Source: an uncultured Acholeplasmataceae bacterium
GTDB lineage: Bacteria; Bacillota_I; Bacilli_A; Acholeplasmatales; Acholeplasmataceae
Direction of reading: 5' to 3'
DNA: 64,000 nucleotides
Assembly: GCA_964553755.1 (NCBI GenBank)
Contig: CAZKLM010000002.1
Span: 5,021 to 69,020, forward strand
Shown: positions 59,703-64,000 of the stretch, piece by piece
How the letters are laid out: each line of letters begins with the position of its first letter
Numbering within the stretch: position 1 is the stretch's first letter
Position numbers and translations under genes: made by a program
The notes under the pieces: model-generated
Databases searched by the model: none
What the model saw: only the letters and a program-made list of their open reading frames with translations
What the model was told of the DNA's origin: nothing

Positions 59703-60333
59703 GTTAAAAAGTGCATGGTTTCATCTGGTTTCGTTTCCGAGATACATCTTGTTTCATCCGTTTAATGGCTACGAGGAACTGAAGCGATACAAAAAAGGAA
59801 AAATCAGTGTTGCGCTTGTGTTTATTGTTCTTTATGCATTTTTTAGAATATTCAAGTTTCAAAATGAAAACATGCTCATCAACCCAAACAATCCACTTGA
59901 CTTAAACAGTTTAACAGAGTTTTTCTCAGTGGTCTTGCTCGTGTTTTTGTTTACTGTGGGCAATTGGTCGGTTACGACCCTTATGGAGGGCAAAGGCAGT
60001 TTTAAGGAAATCGTGATGGTCACGGGATACGCGTTGTTTCCCTTGGTTATCCTAGGGTTTCCTGCCGTTATTCTCTCCAATTTTTTGACACTCGAAGAAA
60101 TGGCTCTTTATCAGCTATTGATTGGCTTAGCCTATTTTCTAGCGGGTTGGATGCTCTTTATGGGCATTTTAAACATCCATCAGTACGGTCTTTTTAAAAC
60201 CATCTTGGCGTTTATCGCCACCTTGGTTTCCATGAGCGTCATGATGTTTGTTGGCTTATTGTTTTTTGATCTCATTCAACAGTTCATCGCGTTTATCGCT
60301 TCGATATACGAAGAATTGTCTTTGAGATATTAG
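59692..60333 (+). CDS. Yip1-family membrane protein
   Basis: HPFNGY.ELK, NWSVTTLMEGKG.FKEI, YALFP, IHQY; ATG at 59692 after AAAGGAGG. Confidence 0.78.
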   Translation: MKTKLKSAWFHLVSFPRYILFHPFNGYEELKRYKKGKISVALVFIVLYAFFRIFKFQNENMLINPNNPLDLNSLTEFFSVVLLVFLFTVGNWSVTTLMEGKGSFKEIVMVTGYALFPLVILGFPAVILSNFLTLEEMALYQLLIGLAYFLAGWMLFMGILNIHQYGLFKTILAFIATLVSMSVMMFVGLLFFDLIQQFIAFIASIYEELSLRY

Positions 60334-60345
60334 GAGGGACAAGCC

Positions 60346-62907
60346 ATGTTAAAGAAAATGATCCTCATCACCTTAATCGCAATGGCTTTGATTGCCTATC
60401 TCTTTTTGTTTCAGTTAAAACAAAGCATGCGTTTAGAGTCACACATTCATGCGTTTTCGAGAGAGAACTTCGTCGATTCCATGACCCTTTCTGATCGAAA
60501 TCGATTGGTGGCTCAAAATCAAAAATTTGAGCTTTATCTTGATGAAGTGACATCGTATATTAAGGTCGTTGACCGTAGAAACGGTCAAGTCTGGCTTTCC
60601 AATCCGGTAACGCCAGACCCATGGACATTAGACTCTACCAAGTTATTGACCCCAACGGCCGAAGAAAAACAAAAGGCAACGTTGGAGCTTTCTTATTTTA
60701 ATCAAACAGGGACGTTGGTCACCATCAATAATTATAAGATGAGCATCCATCATCCTGAAAGCATCTTGAATGCCGCAGGCATGCGCACGTTTTCCGTTAA
60801 ATACATCGATTCGGGTGTTCAAGTTTTGTATCAAATCAAAGATTTGGAAGTGGATCATCTTTATTTTCCAAAATTCCTTCCAAAAGATGTTTTTGAAGAA
60901 ATGCCCGAGTTTCAATTGTTATCAACGATAGCCTACACCGGTTACGATGCTGAACGCGAACTTTATGAAATCGTTCGTTATGAAAGCATGTCTCGTTTGG
61001 TTAAATCTCGGCTGTATCAAGTGTTCTATGAACGTTTGAATTATACGCGGGATCAAGCCATCGAAGAAAACATGCTTTATGGTTACATGGAGACGTTTGA
61101 AAAGGCCGAATTTGAGATTGCGATCCAAGTGATGCTTCATGACGAAGGCATTGAAGCACGCATTCTTCATGATTCCATTAAGGAACCGGATGACATAAAA
61201 ATTGGGAATATTTCGCTTTACCCTTTGTTTGGTACAGCGGTATCCACCCTTAATGGAAACCCTACTTCCGGGTATTTAGTCATCCCGGATGGAAGCGGCG
61301 CAGTCATGACCTTTAACAATGGCAAACAGGTGCATAATCCGTATCGTAAGCGGGTCTATGGAACGGATATGGCATTATTGCCTTATAAAATGAGAGAGAC
61401 CCAAGAAAACATTCAAGTTCCGCTCTTTGGTATGGTTAAAGAGCAAAGCGGGTTTGCAGCGATCATCACTGAAGGAGATGCCATGGCATTTATCCATGCA
61501 GATGTATCGGAGCGCATTGATTCTTACAATAAAATCCACGCCTCCTTTAATCTTAGAGAAACGGAATCCGTGACCCTTGGAAGTGGGTTTAATCGATATG
61601 GAATCAACCTTTGGACCAAACAACCGGTTCGAACCGATTTCGCTGTTCTCTACATCTTTTTAAATGCACCGGATAACAGTTATGTTGGCATCGCGAATGC
61701 GTATCGAAATCATCTCATCAAGCAAACGGGATTCTCCCAAAAAGATCACACAGAACGGGTCATCGTGACGGCTGAGTTGATTGGGGCATACGATCAAAAA
61801 GCCTTTTTCTTAGGTATTCCATATTACAATCAGCGTGCTTTAACCACGTTTGATCAGGCACAAGAAATGGTCACACAACTCGCTGATTTAGGCGTTTATG
61901 ACCTCCAATTGGTGTATCTCGGATTATTCAATGGTGGGCTAACCTCAGGGCTTCAAAACCGTTTAACCGTCGAGCGTGTTTTAGGAGGTAAACGGGATTT
62001 TGATCGCTTCCAAGAAGCGATGCTCGCGTCAAACATCGCTCTTTATAGCCAAGTCAATGTCACCACCACAACAGGTTATCCACGAGCATTGGATCGTTAC
62101 CGATACACGTCCACTCGGTTAAATGGCGCATTGTCACGTGACTTTTCGTACCATTATCCCTCGCGTTTGCCGTATGCTGAAACCCCTTTTGAACAGCGAG
62201 CAGATGACTATGTCATTAATCCAATGTATTATCAAGCCATCTTTGAGGGACTTTCCAAGTCTTATCGCTATGACGCTATCGCGTTTACGCATCTTGGATC
62301 ACGCCTTGCAGGACATTACACCAAAAACGAATCCATTTATCGTCAAGATGCGCTTCGCATTCAAGAAAATCTCTTAAAACAGTCGACTTATCAAACCCTG
62401 TTAGCCCAACCTTTCGCATACGCTTGGCCTTATCTGTCATCGATCACCGATCTTCCTGCGGAAACCACCCTCTATTCGATTGTGGATTATTCTATTCCTC
62501 TTTTGCAACTGATTTTATCCGGTTGGGTGGATTACTCGATGGCTTCTATGAACATGGCCAGTGAAAGAAGCATGACCTATAATTTTTTAAAAGTTTTAGA
62601 AACGGGATCCAATCTCAAATACACCCTGTCTTATCAAGACTCTAAAGCGTTAATCGAGACGGATTACAATTATTACATGTCCACACATTTTGTCAATTGG
62701 ACGGAGATTATTCAGCATCAAGTGACTATACTCAATCAGTTAGGCCTCCATAAAGGCCGACTTGTTGACCATAAGCGGTTGGCTAACAACGTTTACCAAG
62801 TGACTTATTCACATGGTCTTCAATTGATCATCAACTATAACCTCACCCAAACAGTGGTTCAAAATCGGACCATTCCAGCGATGGGTTATGTGGTTTTGGA
62901 GGGTTAA
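60346..62907 (+). CDS. DUF5696-like extracellular protein (possible glycoside hydrolase fold)
   Basis: N-terminal TM; W.SNP, PLFG, GYLVIPDGSGA, VYG.D, PLFG, IITEGDA, YVGIA..YR, IPLLQLIL.G; usual member of the NHL-Yip1 ABC cassette. Confidence 0.72.
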   Translation: MLKKMILITLIAMALIAYLFLFQLKQSMRLESHIHAFSRENFVDSMTLSDRNRLVAQNQKFELYLDEVTSYIKVVDRRNGQVWLSNPVTPDPWTLDSTKLLTPTAEEKQKATLELSYFNQTGTLVTINNYKMSIHHPESILNAAGMRTFSVKYIDSGVQVLYQIKDLEVDHLYFPKFLPKDVFEEMPEFQLLSTIAYTGYDAERELYEIVRYESMSRLVKSRLYQVFYERLNYTRDQAIEENMLYGYMETFEKAEFEIAIQVMLHDEGIEARILHDSIKEPDDIKIGNISLYPLFGTAVSTLNGNPTSGYLVIPDGSGAVMTFNNGKQVHNPYRKRVYGTDMALLPYKMRETQENIQVPLFGMVKEQSGFAAIITEGDAMAFIHADVSERIDSYNKIHASFNLRETESVTLGSGFNRYGINLWTKQPVRTDFAVLYIFLNAPDNSYVGIANAYRNHLIKQTGFSQKDHTERVIVTAELIGAYDQKAFFLGIPYYNQRALTTFDQAQEMVTQLADLGVYDLQLVYLGLFNGGLTSGLQNRLTVERVLGGKRDFDRFQEAMLASNIALYSQVNVTTTTGYPRALDRYRYTSTRLNGALSRDFSYHYPSRLPYAETPFEQRADDYVINPMYYQAIFEGLSKSYRYDAIAFTHLGSRLAGHYTKNESIYRQDALRIQENLLKQSTYQTLLAQPFAYAWPYLSSITDLPAETTLYSIVDYSIPLLQLILSGWVDYSMASMNMASERSMTYNFLKVLETGSNLKYTLSYQDSKALIETDYNYYMSTHFVNWTEIIQHQVTILNQLGLHKGRLVDHKRLANNVYQVTYSHGLQLIINYNLTQTVVQNRTIPAMGYVVLEG

Positions 62908-62910
62908 ACG

Positions 62911-63834
62911 ATGACAACCATGATAAGCAAGTTTAAAAAAATAGAATGGACTTACAAACAGCAAAAATTGATTTGGGCAATTATCTTTTTGATGCCTTGG
63001 GTCATGGGATTTGTTTTGCTCTTTGCGGTTCCACTCATTGAATCGCTTCGATACAGTTTTTATCAGTTAACCCCACGAGTCGGTGAGATCACCAAAGAAT
63101 TCGTCGGGTTTGAAAATTACCGGTATGCATGGGATACCCATGTCACGTCAAATTCGAGTTTCAAAGTCGAACTGATCAATACCACGCTGGATGTTGTCTA
63201 CAATTTACCGGTTTTATTGATTTTTAGTTTATTGATTGCTGTGTTGTTGAACATGCAATTTAAAGGACGAGCCATCGTACGGGCCATCTTCTTTATCCCT
63301 GTTATCTTAAACTCTTCCGCTGTCGCGATTGCCTTAGGGGGAAGTGGCGAACTGATTGCTGCCATTTTGGCGGAACAAGGCATTGGCAAAATCTTTGATT
63401 TGGAGTTTTACTTAATGCAGACCGGGTTATCGGTTGTTTTGATTCAGTTCATTGTGGGTCTCATTGGTCGTATTTATGCCATCTTGGCTTTGGCTGGAGT
63501 ACCTATTCTCCTCTTTTTAGCCAGCATCCAATCGGTGCCTAAACACCTTTATGAAGCCGCTAAAATTGAAGGGGCTACGGGTTATGAAATGTTTTGGCTG
63601 ATTACCCTTCCGAATGTCTCACCGCATATCATTACGGTGACCATTTACGCGTTGGTGGATACCTTTTTAACGTCTCCCGTTAGCGCAATCATTTCAACTG
63701 AGCTTAATAAACAACAGTGGGGGCTTAGTTCAGCCATGGCTTGGATTTATGTGGGAACCATCCTCATTTTATTGATTGCTTTAGGCGGGGTTGCTAAAAT
63801 CTTTAAGATAGGAGAACATCATTATGAAAACTAA
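62911..63834 (+). CDS. Carbohydrate ABC transporter permease
   Basis: PWVMGF, FVGFENY, RAIFFIPVI, LYEAAKIEGATGYE.FW.IT.P. Confidence 0.92.
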   Translation: MTTMISKFKKIEWTYKQQKLIWAIIFLMPWVMGFVLLFAVPLIESLRYSFYQLTPRVGEITKEFVGFENYRYAWDTHVTSNSSFKVELINTTLDVVYNLPVLLIFSLLIAVLLNMQFKGRAIVRAIFFIPVILNSSAVAIALGGSGELIAAILAEQGIGKIFDLEFYLMQTGLSVVLIQFIVGLIGRIYAILALAGVPILLFLASIQSVPKHLYEAAKIEGATGYEMFWLITLPNVSPHIITVTIYALVDTFLTSPVSAIISTELNKQQWGLSSAMAWIYVGTILILLIALGGVAKIFKIGEHHYEN

Positions 63835-64000
63835 AGGATGGGCAACTCTTAAACGAATAAAAGATGACATCAGCCGGTTCCTTCATGACAGAAGAAGAAT
63901 TAACCGGTTAAACCGCCGTTTTCGCGATGTGTCATCTTCGATTCTTCGGTACATTTTCTTGCTTGGTCTCTGTTTTGTGATTTTATTTCCGACCATTCAG
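63824..64000 (+). CDS. Probable fourth ABC permease (5' part only)
   Basis: ATG at 63824 after GGAG; MKTKGW...ILRYIFLLGLCFVILFPTIQ, open to the window end. Confidence 0.6.
   Translation, partial: MKTKGWATLKRIKDDISRFLHDRRRINRLNRRFRDVSSSILRYIFLLGLCFVILFPTIQ

Overview
A gene-dense bacterial chromosomal window read in the standard code (TGA is a stop, Trp is TGG). It has sigmaA-type promoters, Bacillota-type enzymes and surface proteins held by a lipobox or a C-terminal TM helix, with no LPxTG or SLH motif seen. This fits an Acholeplasmatales/Izemoplasmatales-like (probably wall-less) organism, which is an inference. The left half (1-29.6 kb) is housekeeping and metabolism: a GlpP-attenuated glycerol operon, an LtaS-family protein, a Y-family polymerase with YolD, cyclophilin, EamA, class II photolyase, nagBA, cysK, glmS, metK-speD-speE, a CASTOR/POLLUX-like channel, YfcC, two PadR modules and a long ROK protein. 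The right half (29.6-64 kb, all + strand) reads as one large peptidoglycan (cell-wall necromass) utilization locus. It encodes a secreted NAGPA-type phosphodiester glycosidase placed in an apparent operon with LDH/EtfAB, then RpiR/MurR, AnmK, a BadF/MurK-type kinase, a GH4 phospho-beta-glycosidase, three GHL10 (DigH/YddW-like) domains, an AmiE-like serine hydrolase, a large Ig-stalked Amidase_2 lipoprotein and a putative glycan-binding surface protein. An expanded ABC module follows (2 SBPs, 4 permeases, NHL/TPR, Yip1, DUF5696-like) and runs off the window. No CRISPR, rRNA, tRNA, transposase or prophage was seen. All family calls come from motif recognition by eye; no database was searched.
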